Below, piece by piece: positions 50,717 through 60,271 of a stretch of 64,000 nt of DNA. A program made the translations under genes and the position numbers. The stretch comes from Dehalococcoidia bacterium. GTDB lineage: Bacteria > Chloroflexota > Dehalococcoidia > Lucifugimonadales > GCA-2712585. Each line of letters opens with the position of its first letter. Position 1 is the first letter of the stretch. The DNA is taken from positions 61,633-125,632 of the forward strand of contig CBDFHC010000002.1 in NCBI GenBank assembly GCA_965247585.1, read 5' to 3'. The notes below the pieces were generated by a model. It saw only the letters and a list, made by a program, of their open reading frames with translations, made no database searches and was not told the origin of the DNA.

Positions 50717-52168
50717 TTAAGGCTGTGATGCGCTGACAAATCTAACCATTAAGACGCGCCTTGTGGCGGCGGTAATCTTTGCGCTCTCACCAGGGCGGAT
50801 TCCCACAACCCAGATGATGCCCCGATCCGCAACCAGCAACGGCACGGCGTCGCGGCGGTTGGAGGGGACCTTTTGATTGATGAAGAAGTCTTTCAACCGC
50901 GTCTCGACGGGCATCCCCAGGGGCCAAAACCGGTCCCCTTCCCCACGTCCTCTGACGACGGGGTGAGAGCCCAGGCGGTCGAAGTCAAATAGGGCCTGGA
51001 AGGGGTCCGTGGTCTTCAGGGTGGCCGGCCGGGGAATCATTTCGGCGGTGACGCGCCAGCCGGGTAGCGAGGATACGCCGGGCAAGATAACGGGGTGCTG
51101 GCCAACCAGGGGTGGAGCAGCAGGGCATTTAACGGCAGGACCCAAGACGGCCCGACCTTGCTGGATGCGGAAGGTTAGACCGCCGGGGAGGTCCAGGCTG
51201 GACGGGGAGCCGCTCTGGGACAGTCTGGCCATGGTAAGCAGATGGTCTTCGGTTAGTCCCTGGGCGCCGCCCGCCACTACCGAGAAGGCGCGCCGGAGTA
51301 GGACGATGGTGACGGCGGCGTGGAGGGCGCCCAGGGCAAGGGCGTCCAGGGCCACGGAATCGTCTTCTACAGAGGCGACCTGGCCCCACACGGCGTCGGC
51401 TTGCCCCTCCAGGTATTCGACCGCCAGGGCGGCGGAGCGGGAGGCTCTCAGCAGAGACTGGGTGGCGCGGGGGTTATAGCGGTGCAGGTTGGGGAGCAGC
51501 TCATGGCGAATACGGGGGCGGGTGAATTCATCGGAGCGGTTGGTGGCGTCCTGCCGGTAGGGGATGTCCAGTTGGGAGCAATAAGCCATGGTGTCGGCGC
51601 GCCGCAGGGAGAGGAGCGGACGGAACAGGACTGCTTCAAGGGATTGGACCGGGTCCAAGCGGCGGGGGCCGCGCCACTGAGAGACGGGCTCCATGCCGCG
51701 GAGACCGTGGAGCCCTGCGCCGCGGAGAAGGTTCATCAGAACGGTCTCGGCCTGGTCGTCCGCGGTGTGACCCAGCGCCACGGCGCGACAGTCCTCTTGG
51801 GAGGCTACCTCCGACAGGAAGTGGTACCGCACCTCTCGGGCTGCCATCTCCCAGGAGGAGATTCGGTGGCGCTTCTGATAGGCGGACACGTCCCGCCGGT
51901 CCGCGGTGCAGGGGAGGTCCAGCCGGGAGGAAGCGTCCTGGACGAAGCGAGAGTCGCTCTCGGCAGCGTCGCCGCGGAGGGCGTGGTCCAGGTGGGCGAC
52001 GTGGAGATGGAGAGAGTAGCGGCAGCTCAGGCCGGCCAGGCCATGAAGAAGGGCCATGGAGTCCGGGCCGCCGGAGACGGCCACCAGCAACCGGACGGGG
52101 GACGCGGAGAAGGGGGCCTGAGCCAAGGCCCGGCGCAAGGCGGACTCCAGCTTGCGCCTGGGCCGCAC
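50717..52168 (-). CDS. tilS: tRNA(Ile)-lysidine synthetase
   Basis: AVSGGPDS, HLDH.LR, AREVRY, GHTADDQAET, RPLL, C-terminal GDRF..LKDFFIN.KVP. Confidence 0.95.
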   Translation of the reverse strand: MRPRRKLESALRRALAQAPFSASPVRLLVAVSGGPDSMALLHGLAGLSCRYSLHLHVAHLDHALRGDAAESDSRFVQDASSRLDLPCTADRRDVSAYQKRHRISSWEMAAREVRYHFLSEVASQEDCRAVALGHTADDQAETVLMNLLRGAGLHGLRGMEPVSQWRGPRRLDPVQSLEAVLFRPLLSLRRADTMAYCSQLDIPYRQDATNRSDEFTRPRIRHELLPNLHRYNPRATQSLLRASRSAALAVEYLEGQADAVWGQVASVEDDSVALDALALGALHAAVTIVLLRRAFSVVAGGAQGLTEDHLLTMARLSQSGSPSSLDLPGGLTFRIQQGRAVLGPAVKCPAAPPLVGQHPVILPGVSSLPGWRVTAEMIPRPATLKTTDPFQALFDFDRLGSHPVVRGRGEGDRFWPLGMPVETRLKDFFINQKVPSNRRDAVPLLVADRGIIWVVGIRPGESAKITAATRRVLMVRFVSASQP

Positions 52169-52171
52169 GGG

Positions 52172-52795
52172 TTAGTCCTCGGTGGGGGAGTTGGCGTTAA
52201 GATGGACTCCGGCGTTAAGGGAGATGACCCGCCAGCCCCGGGGTCCCAGCTCCACGGTGCTCATGGAGCCGAGGTCGACGCGGAGGCGGTGAAACCGGGA
52301 CAGCGGCATATCTAGAAGACGGCAAAGGGCGGCGACTATGGCGAAGTTGTGGGAAACTGCTACCACGTCATCCCCGGCGTGGCTGGCCCCGATGCTCTCG
52401 ATCTGGGCCCACACCCTGTCCTGGAGCTGTTGCAGGGACTCGCCACCGGGCATTCGCACCTGGGAAGGGTCCCGGCCCCACATCTGGTAAACGTCAGGGT
52501 AGCGAGCCCGCATCTCGCCGCCGGTAATGCCGTCAAGCTCTCCCAGGTCCAGCTCCATCAGCCCGTCCAGATGGGTGACCGGCAGGGCGCAGGACAGGGC
52601 AATGATGTCCGCGGTCTGGCGGGCCCTGAGAAGGGGGCTGGCGTAGAGGAAGCTGGGGTGCATAGTCTTGAGCGTCTGGGCGACGCGCTGGGCCTGTTGG
52701 ACGCCCTCGTCATTCAGGGCGACCTGGTTCTGTCCCTGGAAACGGTCCGACTTGTTCCAGGAGGTCTGTCCGTGTCGCACCAAGTGAAGCCTCAC
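52172..52795 (-). CDS. histidine phosphatase family protein
   Basis: LVRHGQT, SPLLRARQT, GGES, VSH. Confidence 0.9.
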   Translation of the reverse strand: MRLHLVRHGQTSWNKSDRFQGQNQVALNDEGVQQAQRVAQTLKTMHPSFLYASPLLRARQTADIIALSCALPVTHLDGLMELDLGELDGITGGEMRARYPDVYQMWGRDPSQVRMPGGESLQQLQDRVWAQIESIGASHAGDDVVAVSHNFAIVAALCRLLDMPLSRFHRLRVDLGSMSTVELGPRGWRVISLNAGVHLNANSPTED

Positions 52796-54075
52796 TAGGG
52801 CCGGCCGTCCGGGACGGGTACGATGCGCTTCACTTCCACCCGCTCTACCTTGAGACCGTCCATTTCAATGACGGTGATTCGCCAATCGCGATGGTCCAAG
52901 GAGTCCCCCTTTGACGGGATGCGTCCCAGCCGGTCAAGGATATAGCCGGCCAGTGACTGGTAATCGCCGAAGGGGACGCCGATTTTAAGCAGATGGTTTA
53001 CCTCGTCAATGCCGAGGCCGGCGTCGAGGAGATAGGTGTCGAGCCCCACCCTGGTGAAGGGCTGGTCCAGGGGTTGGCCTTCTTCGCCCACGGGGCCGAC
53101 GATCACCATGAGGAGCTGTTTCATAGTGGCGAGCCCGGCGATGCCTCCGAATTCGTCTACCACCATGGCCATGGACTGGCCGCGCTCTCGAAGCTCGGAG
53201 AAGAGGCTGCGCACGGTCTTGGTCTCCGGGACGAAGTGGGCGGGCCGAAGGAGGTCCGTTACCACCTGCCCGGGCTGAAGCTGTCCGTCCGCCATGGCCT
53301 TTACCACGTCTTTGACGGAGAGGAGCCCCAAGACGTTGTCCACGGAGTCCGAGAATACGGGGAACCGCGTGTGATGGTGCTCCGAATAGATGGAGAGGAG
53401 CTGCTCGAGGTTGGCGCCCTGCTCCACCCAGATTATCTCAGGCCTAGGGGTCATGACCTCCGAAACCTGGCGGTCGCCGAAGTGGAACACCTTCTCCAGC
53501 ATCTCGGCCTCCGAGCGGTCCACGGCGCCGGTCTCCATGCCGGCGTTAATCATGCTCCTGATCTCTTGCTCGGTGATCATTAGGGAAGGAGGGGCGCCGC
53601 CGAAAAGCCTGGCGGCGAAGAAGCTGAGGCGGCGCAGGGACCAGGTCAAAGGGAAGAGGAGCCACTCCAGAAGCAGGAGGGGCCTGACGGTGGTGAAGGC
53701 CACCTTCTCGGCGTGGCGGGCCGCCAAGGACTTGGGCAGCACCTCGCTGAAGACCAAGACCATGGCGGCGACGCCGGCGGTGGAGATTATGACGGCGGTT
53801 ACAGTGCTGTCCAGCAGGGAGATAACCAGGGCGGTGCCCAGGGCGGCGGTGGCGGTGTTGACTACGTTGTTCCCCAGCAGGACGGTGGAGAGGAACCGCT
53901 CGGGGTGTTGGGCCATGCGGAATACCCGTTGAGCGCCGGGGACCCCGGTGTTCACCAGGTGGATCATGCGGACGCGCTGTAGCGCGATGAAGGCGGTCTC
54001 GGTGCCGGAGAAGAAGGCGGATAGCACCAAAAACAGGACCATAAGGCCCAGTTTGATATAGTCGCTCTCCTCCAC
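52795..54075 (-). CDS. HlyC/CorC (CNNM) family CBS-domain membrane protein
   Basis: SAFFSGTETA, SEVLPK, MTPR, VDEFGG, CorC C-terminal domain. Confidence 0.92.
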   Translation of the reverse strand: MEESDYIKLGLMVLFLVLSAFFSGTETAFIALQRVRMIHLVNTGVPGAQRVFRMAQHPERFLSTVLLGNNVVNTATAALGTALVISLLDSTVTAVIISTAGVAAMVLVFSEVLPKSLAARHAEKVAFTTVRPLLLLEWLLFPLTWSLRRLSFFAARLFGGAPPSLMITEQEIRSMINAGMETGAVDRSEAEMLEKVFHFGDRQVSEVMTPRPEIIWVEQGANLEQLLSIYSEHHHTRFPVFSDSVDNVLGLLSVKDVVKAMADGQLQPGQVVTDLLRPAHFVPETKTVRSLFSELRERGQSMAMVVDEFGGIAGLATMKQLLMVIVGPVGEEGQPLDQPFTRVGLDTYLLDAGLGIDEVNHLLKIGVPFGDYQSLAGYILDRLGRIPSKGDSLDHRDWRITVIEMDGLKVERVEVKRIVPVPDGRP

Positions 54076-54205
54076 TAAGCGGGATGCCTCCGATTGAGGG
54101 ACCTAGATAAACCGTCGGGCACAAGGCGATGATAGCAAAGGGCCGTTCAGGGTGTAAAGAAAGGCCGCTTTTAAGAGACATGGCGGCGGGCCTATACTGG
54201 GGGCC

Positions 54206-55234
54206 GTGAAGCTGCTAGGGATAGAGACCTCCTGTGACGAGACCGCGGTGGCGGTGGTGGAGGACGGGCGACACCTGCGTTCCAACGTCATAGCGTCGCA
54301 GATCGAGATACACCGGCGTTATGGCGGAGTGGTACCGGAAGTGGCCTCGCGGCAGCATATTTTGCAAATCATGCCTGTCATAAGGGAGGCGCTGGAGCGG
54401 GCCGATTGCACCCTAGGAGAGGTTGACGGGGTGGCGGTGACATACGGCCCGGGGCTGGCGGGCGCGCTGCTGGTGGGTGTCAACGCGGCGAAGGCACTTT
54501 CGATGGCGCTGGAGGTGCCGCTGATAGGGGTAAACCACCTGGAAGGCCACGTTTATGCCGCGTGGCTGGATGGGGAACGGCCAGAGGACGCGCCGGGGTT
54601 TCCACTGGTCTGCCTCATAGCCTCGGGAGGGCATACGGACCTAGTGCTGATGCCAGGGCATGGACAGTACCGGCTTTTGGGCAGGACCCGGGACGACGCG
54701 GCGGGAGAAGCCTTCGACAAGGCGGCCCGGGTGCTGGGGCTGGGGTTTCCCGGCGGGCCGGAGATACAGAGGACGGCGGAGGGGGTGGAGGCGGGCCAGC
54801 GGTTGCCCAGGGCGATGCTGCGGGGCACTTACGATTTCAGCTTTAGCGGGGTGAAGACGGCACTGCTGCACACGGCGCAGCGGGCCGGGGTTTACCCTCC
54901 TGGCGGGGAGCTGGAGGAATCGCTGCGAACGGAGAGGGTAAAGGAGCTGGCGGCTGCGTTCCAGGACTCGGTGGTGGACGTGATGGTGATCAAGACGCTG
55001 GAGGCGGCGCGAGAGTATAAGGCCAGGGGGGTGTTGCTGGGTGGAGGGGTGACGGCCAACGCCATGCTGAGGACGATAATAAGGGCCAAGGCCCCGGTGC
55101 CGGTGCTTATTCCGGCGCCGGTATTGTGCACGGACAATGGCGCTATGGTAGCAGCGTGCGGCTACTTTCGTCTGGGCCGGGGTCTCCTGTCGGGTCAGGA
55201 AATGGATGTAGACCCTGCTCTAGCTCTGGGCTGA
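54206..55234 (+). CDS. tsaD: tRNA threonylcarbamoyltransferase TsaD
   Basis: GIETSCDET, HLEGH, SGGHT, DDAAGEAFDK, FSFSG.KT, CTDNGAM. Confidence 0.96.
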   Translation: MKLLGIETSCDETAVAVVEDGRHLRSNVIASQIEIHRRYGGVVPEVASRQHILQIMPVIREALERADCTLGEVDGVAVTYGPGLAGALLVGVNAAKALSMALEVPLIGVNHLEGHVYAAWLDGERPEDAPGFPLVCLIASGGHTDLVLMPGHGQYRLLGRTRDDAAGEAFDKAARVLGLGFPGGPEIQRTAEGVEAGQRLPRAMLRGTYDFSFSGVKTALLHTAQRAGVYPPGGELEESLRTERVKELAAAFQDSVVDVMVIKTLEAAREYKARGVLLGGGVTANAMLRTIIRAKAPVPVLIPAPVLCTDNGAMVAACGYFRLGRGLLSGQEMDVDPALALG

Positions 55235-55868
55235 ATATCTCCTGGGCCTCGTCCGGCGGGTCCAACCAGAAGCCATCGCCCCCGTCCAAACTGGGCAACG
55301 GCGCATGGAAGGCTGAGGGCTCGGGCGGAGACGCTTCCAGGGGCTCTCCTTCTCTGATTTGAAAGAAGCGGTGGGCCACCAGGTGGGACTGGACACCGGC
55401 ATCCCGGCCGTAGAAAGGGAAGGACAATTCCCAGGAGCTTCCCTGGAAGATTATCTCCCCTCCGGCCTCCCAGGCGAAGTAGCGGAGGAGAAGCAGCAGA
55501 CCGAGGAAAGCGATGGCGCCCCCGAGGAATGCGGCGATAACCGCGCCGTCACTGATGCTGCCCAATACCAGGTAGGCCAGGATGCCCAGGAGGACCAGCG
55601 AAAGGCCCTGGTAAACGGGTTTCAGATGGCGGCTGCCTTCACGTATACACACGCCCTGGATGGTGTCCAAGGGCGCAAATCGGGCCTCGCGGCGGCCTTC
55701 GGACTGACGAAATAGGAAGACCCTTTTGTTGGTTAGCACCAGCAGGTCCCCGTTGCTGGGCGGGCGCTCGGCGATTCCGGCGTCAGGCACAAAGAATTGG
55801 GCCGGCGTTTCCCCGTCCAAAAGGGGAACCTGGCGGATACGGTTGAGTGGGGCTATTCCGTTTTCCAA
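55143..55868 (-). CDS. hypothetical membrane protein (PH-like N-terminus, 2 TM)
   Basis: LLVLTNKRV then two hydrophobic helices; tail overlaps the tsaD 3' end; start uncertain. Confidence 0.65.
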   Translation of the reverse strand: MENGIAPLNRIRQVPLLDGETPAQFFVPDAGIAERPPSNGDLLVLTNKRVFLFRQSEGRREARFAPLDTIQGVCIREGSRHLKPVYQGLSLVLLGILAYLVLGSISDGAVIAAFLGGAIAFLGLLLLLRYFAWEAGGEIIFQGSSWELSFPFYGRDAGVQSHLVAHRFFQIREGEPLEASPPEPSAFHAPLPSLDGGDGFWLDPPDEAQEIFSPELEQGLHPFPDPTGDPGPDESSRTLLP

Positions 55869-55901
55869 ATCTTGTTCCAGGCACCTCGAGAGGGGTTGAC
55901 T

Positions 55902-57131
55902 CTATGATACCCCAGCCCCTCCAACGGCTGCTACCAGTCTATGAAGGTGTAGCAGCCCCTGTTGACGCCGGGCGCCGCCGCCCAGGGGCAGCCAGGACGC
56001 GGGAAAGAGGGAGGACTCCATCTCCCGGCTGACCCGGTTGGCTGGGAGGCGGGGCAGCCCCCTATAGATGGCCAGAGCCGGGGTGGACGGCGCTGACTCC
56101 CCGGACGCCGAGTCCAACGCATGGAGCAAGGGCAGCACGGCGTTCACCGCCATTTCAGCGGCCCGGTCCTTGCCGATGAAAGCCGGGCCGCCGCGAGGGT
56201 CTGCCACCATCAGGACGCGACGGAACGCGGCGGGCGGCGCGCCGTCCAGCGATGCCGTTAAGGCGCTGAGCAGGCCCTGGTCCAGGCGCCGGGACAGCAG
56301 GCGGGCCATGCCGGCGATGCGGCGCCGAGGATGGTTGCCGGGGCGGACGCGGAACAGGTTCCAGCGCAGCTTTCTCTCTCCTTCGCCAAGGTCAATCAGG
56401 CCGGCGGTGCGCAGCATTAGAGCCTCCAGATGGGCTGGAGCGTCTTTTTGGTCTACTTTTAAGGCGCGGCGGCACAGCAGGCGATAAGGGAGGTCCCGGG
56501 CGAGCTGAAGAAAGGGGGAGCGGTTTTCGCTGTAGCCCAGGCACTCCATGAGACCCTGGTATAGGACTTCTTCGGGGGGTTGATCGCGGCACAAGAAGGC
56601 CAGGGTGCGGCTTTTGTGGAGGAAGCGGGCGTCCCCGGCGTCATCAAGGAGCTGTTGCGCCTGGGACTTAGTGAGAGGGCGGGGGTAACCATATGTCTCC
56701 AGAAGGCCCCAGAGGACCAGTCCCTTCCAGTGGGTTGGAGCGTCCTCCAAAGTGGCGTCCGCCAGCAGCGGGGCCAGGTGCAACAGCGGGGCGGAGCCGC
56801 CGCCGGGCAGCGTGGTGGCGCCGGTACCGCCGTGCAGAACGCCGTGGAAGGCCACGCTGTTGTAACGGGGGTCCCGATGGTGACCGTGGCCTTTCCAGTC
56901 TTCTGGGCGCAGGTGAAGCTCCACGTCACAGCGGACCAATCCAAGGCCCTCCTGGTAGATGAGGGCGTCCCGGAAGTCCGGGCCGGCTTCCGAGGCGCGG
57001 CGGCCGGGATAGAGGACCTTAACGCGCTGGCCCTGGCCGGTGCGGAAGCTGCGGTGCCGGTGTGCCCGGGCCTGCCAAAGTTGGGCCAGGAGGGACTCCG
57101 GTATCAGGGCGTTGTAACGTTTGTTGGACAT
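55902..57131 (-). CDS. DUF2851 family protein
   Basis: ESLL..LW, YPG...GPDF, DVELH...W..HGH..DPRYN.V..H, LGY..N..PF, RP.NHP.RR, QQGLLHL. Confidence 0.85.
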   Translation of the reverse strand: MSNKRYNALIPESLLAQLWQARAHRHRSFRTGQGQRVKVLYPGRRASEAGPDFRDALIYQEGLGLVRCDVELHLRPEDWKGHGHHRDPRYNSVAFHGVLHGGTGATTLPGGGSAPLLHLAPLLADATLEDAPTHWKGLVLWGLLETYGYPRPLTKSQAQQLLDDAGDARFLHKSRTLAFLCRDQPPEEVLYQGLMECLGYSENRSPFLQLARDLPYRLLCRRALKVDQKDAPAHLEALMLRTAGLIDLGEGERKLRWNLFRVRPGNHPRRRIAGMARLLSRRLDQGLLSALTASLDGAPPAAFRRVLMVADPRGGPAFIGKDRAAEMAVNAVLPLLHALDSASGESAPSTPALAIYRGLPRLPANRVSREMESSLFPASWLPLGGGARRQQGLLHLHRLVAAVGGAGVS

Positions 57132-57140
57132 GGCGAGATA

Positions 57141-57169
57141 AATGTATACGGTAACGTGTACAAGGGCAA
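57141..57169 (-). promoter_or_regulatory. promoter with embedded palindromic operator
   Basis: minus strand TTGCCC, 17 bp, TACATT; TGTATACG-N4-CGTGTACA at 57143-57162. Confidence 0.55.
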
Positions 57170-57226
57170 TAGAGTGGGTGGGGGCTTGTGACTAAATTGA
57201 ACTGGAACTGCGAAGCAGCGGGTGAC

Positions 57227-57570
57227 GGTTGGAGTTGCTTTCCCTACCCCGCCCAGATTCTTCCCTTCCGTAGGCTTTGGATGAACTTATTTCACGCACG
57301 GAGACGGAGTCGGAATAACATGGCCTGCAAGCATGCCTAGTTTGCGATGGAGGAAAGTGACGGGAGCCATGGAAACGGGCCGAGGCGGTATGTACGAGGC
57401 AGCCAGCCATTGCGCAGGGTATCGGCACCAAGGCGGACTGCGAACCAATGGTTGGCGCTTCCCACCGTCCCGCCCCGGAAGGTGTTTAGCTTCTGAGGGA
57501 CACCCTCAGAAGCCTGGCAGGAACCCCAGGTTCCCTGCACTGTCCTGTGTGGTTGGTGTTGAAAGTGCTC
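57227..57570 (+). repeat. composite repeat locus (C, A, B)
   Basis: CCCAGATTCTTC..GTCGGAATAACA; TTCCCACCGTCCCGCCCCGGAAGG; CTGAGGGACACCCTCAGA..GTTCCCTGCAC. Confidence 0.8.
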
Positions 57571-57618
57571 AGGAAGCCCAATTCTGGAGGTTAGGATGGG
57601 CTATTTTCGGGACATCGG

Positions 57619-57852
57619 TTAGCGGGGGGATGGACCGGTGGAGTAGCGGAAGCCGGCGCGTTCGGCGATGATGCGCAGCAGGGTGCGGGAGGCGCCGCGG
57701 GGACGATAGACGCCCCGTTCCCACTCGCTGATGGTCTGCTGGCGGGTACCCAGCTCCTGGGCCATGTCCTGCTGACTGAGGCCCATATGGTTGCGGAGCG
57801 CCTTGACGGTTTCAGAATCCCAATCAGGGGGGTTGGCGGGTTTAGATTCCAT
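57619..57852 (-). CDS. XRE-family helix-turn-helix regulator
   Basis: LRNHMGLSQQDMAQELGTRQQTISEWERG. Confidence 0.85.
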   Translation of the reverse strand: MESKPANPPDWDSETVKALRNHMGLSQQDMAQELGTRQQTISEWERGVYRPRGASRTLLRIIAERAGFRYSTGPSPR

Positions 57853-57915
57853 ACTGTAGCAGTTGGTCAGCTTGGTCTGGGCGCGGTTCGCTTGGATGCG
57901 GGGCGCCGGTGGGTT

Positions 57916-60102
57916 CTAGTGGGACGCGCCTTCACCGGCGGAGATGAGGAGGTCATGCCGGTGTCCCCATCGTTTGAAGAAGTGCTTGAAGTTCTTCTGG
58001 GAGAGCTGGTCCCGCTCCTCCTCTCCCAGGGCGCTCCACTGGCGGTGCTCGTGGCGAACGATGGGAATGGAGCCGTCGGCGACGATGCGGTAGCCCAGGT
58101 TTCGGAACTGGAAGCTGTAGTCCAGGTCCAGGTTACGGTAGAAGCGGAAGCATTCGCGCATCAGGCCCACCTCCTGAAGCAGCTCGCGGCGAAAGGCGAA
58201 GCAGTAGGCCTGCATGGCATCGGCGTCGCCGGACTGGACCTCTTCGTGGAAGTGATGCAGGTCCTCAGAGCGGATGCCCCAGGCGCCCACGACGCCTACT
58301 TCCGGGCCGTCCAGCCAGTGCCGTATTTGGGGGAGATAGGCGTCGGTCAGCTCCACGGAGGTGTCCAGCATGACGATGTAGCGTCCCTGGCTCTGCTTCA
58401 GGGCGATGTTCTTGGCCTGGGCGTCGCCCAATTGATGATCGCAGTGGATGACGCGGACGGCGGGGTTGGAGCGCTGACAGTCCTCCAGCCACTGGGCGGA
58501 GCCGTCTGTGGAGCCATTGTCCACCACCAGCAGCTGCAAGGCGGCGCCATCGGCCCAACGCAGGGCGCTGTTGACGCACCGCTTGATGTCATCCAGGTAG
58601 TTGCAGGCGGAGATGACCACGGAGAAATCCGGGCCGGAGGGGGCGGATATGAGGGAGTCCACCTCCCTGGGAGATGAGACGGAGGGCCACATTTCCTGTC
58701 GGAGCTCAAAGCTGGTCAAGGGGCGTGCCAGGGGGCCTTTTGGGGTATCCCGCACCTGGTAGCCTCCGGCGGCCAGGTGTCCGCGGATCTCGTCCGCCCT
58801 GTCATAGCGGGCGCGGTTTCGGTAGCTTTCGCGGTCCGTGAGGCCGGTGCGGACTTCTTCGTCCAAGGGATAGGACGCGGGCACGTCTGCCAGGCCGAGG
58901 CCCAACAGGGCATCGAACTCCAGCAGCAAGGAGAGCCGCTGGGAGTCAGGAAGGTCCGACCGGACCATGGACCAGGTGACTGAAAGGGCCCGAGGGAGGT
59001 TGAGGTCGTCATTGACGGCGTCCCAAAAGCGGGTGCGCCAGGCAGCGGAGTCTTCGCCGGCGCGTCCGTTGGGGGAGGGAGCGCCGCGCCACTGCCAGAC
59101 CCTGTCCCGGAGCCGGGTGAGGGCGCGCTGAGACGCCTTCAGGGCGGAGAAGGTGAAATTGAGGCGATGGCGATATTTAACTGTGAGGCAGAGATAGCGA
59201 AGGGCCAAAGGATCGAAGCCGCGTTCCTGAAGGTCCGAGAGGATGAACTCGTTGCCGGCGGACTTGGCCATTTTCACGCCGTCGGCCAGCAGGTGCTGCC
59301 CGTGGACCCAGTAGCGGACGTACTGCTTGCCGAAGGCGCCTTCGCTCTGGGCGATCTCACCTTCGTGATGTGGGAAGATGTTATCGACGCCGCCGGTGTG
59401 GATGTCCTGCTCTTCGCCCAAATAGTGGGTGGACATGGCGGAGCATTCGATGTGCCAGCCGGGGAAGCCCTCGCCCCAGGGGCTGTCCCACTTCATGGGG
59501 CGTCCCGGCTCGGCGCTCTTCCACAGGGTGAAGTCTCTGGGGTCCCGCTTAAGGGGGTCCACTTCCACCCTAACGCCCTCCATAAGGTCTGCGCCCAGGT
59601 TGCCGGAAAGCTGGCCGTAGGGGGCGTATTTGCCAACGTCGAAGTAGACATTGTCGCCAGCAAGGTAGGCGAAGCCGCGGTCCATTAGCCGCTGGACCAC
59701 CTGGACCATCTGGGGGACGAATTGGGTGGCGCGGGGATAGTGGTCAGCGGGGAGGATGTTCAGAATGGCTTCGTCGCGGTGGAAGGCATCGGTGTAGAAC
59801 TGGGCGATCTCCTGGGGAGTCTTCCCCTCCGCCAGGGCGGCGAGGATGACCTTGTCTCCACCACGCTCCAACTGCTCCTGGCGCATGTGACCCACGTCTG
59901 TGATGTTCTTGACGTGGGTCACGACCAGGCCCTGGATTGCCAGGGCGCGGCGGATCCAGTCCGCCATCATATAGGAGCGTAGGTTGCCGATGTGGGCGTA
60001 GCGATATACGGTGGGACCACATGTGTACATCCTGGCCCGGCCGGGCTCCAGGGTTTTGAACTCATCAACCTGGTTGGAAAGGGTGTTGTAGATACGCAGC
60101 AA
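57916..60102 (-). CDS. cysS: cysteine--tRNA ligase fused to a C-terminal GT2 glycosyltransferase domain
   Basis: YTCGPTVY, HIGN, NITDV, WHIECSAM, DIHTGG, FPHHE, KMAKS, DDLN, ADEIR..L, then SVVI..VVDNGSTD..LDTS..DLDYSF. Confidence 0.9.
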   Translation of the reverse strand: MLRIYNTLSNQVDEFKTLEPGRARMYTCGPTVYRYAHIGNLRSYMMADWIRRALAIQGLVVTHVKNITDVGHMRQEQLERGGDKVILAALAEGKTPQEIAQFYTDAFHRDEAILNILPADHYPRATQFVPQMVQVVQRLMDRGFAYLAGDNVYFDVGKYAPYGQLSGNLGADLMEGVRVEVDPLKRDPRDFTLWKSAEPGRPMKWDSPWGEGFPGWHIECSAMSTHYLGEEQDIHTGGVDNIFPHHEGEIAQSEGAFGKQYVRYWVHGQHLLADGVKMAKSAGNEFILSDLQERGFDPLALRYLCLTVKYRHRLNFTFSALKASQRALTRLRDRVWQWRGAPSPNGRAGEDSAAWRTRFWDAVNDDLNLPRALSVTWSMVRSDLPDSQRLSLLLEFDALLGLGLADVPASYPLDEEVRTGLTDRESYRNRARYDRADEIRGHLAAGGYQVRDTPKGPLARPLTSFELRQEMWPSVSSPREVDSLISAPSGPDFSVVISACNYLDDIKRCVNSALRWADGAALQLLVVDNGSTDGSAQWLEDCQRSNPAVRVIHCDHQLGDAQAKNIALKQSQGRYIVMLDTSVELTDAYLPQIRHWLDGPEVGVVGAWGIRSEDLHHFHEEVQSGDADAMQAYCFAFRRELLQEVGLMRECFRFYRNLDLDYSFQFRNLGYRIVADGSIPIVRHEHRQWSALGEEERDQLSQKNFKHFFKRWGHRHDLLISAGEGASH

Positions 60103-60212
60103 AACATTCCCTCGTGGACAGAAGACATGTAGATTCTATCATCTGGCCGGTGAGGTTGCATTTCTAGAGAACCGGGTTGCATTCGGATTGTCAGATGCGC
60201 CCAACTCATTGG

Positions 60213-60242
60213 TTGACACGATTGAAGGGAGATAAATAGAAT
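60213..60242 (+). promoter_or_regulatory. sigma70-type promoter
   Basis: TTGACA, 18 bp, TAGAAT. Confidence 0.55.
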
Positions 60243-60271
60243 TCGTTTGAACCGGACTAAGCGATGATGCG

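Noticed and set aside
57916-60102. Mycothiol ligase MshC, linked to the PIG-L and GT4 genes
   Set aside because: It retains the anticodon-binding domain, and the PIG-L and GT4 genes are 23-50 kb away with no sign of linkage
60103-60271. T-box leader for cysS
   Set aside because: No T-box consensus or terminator is visible in the short divergent intergenic region
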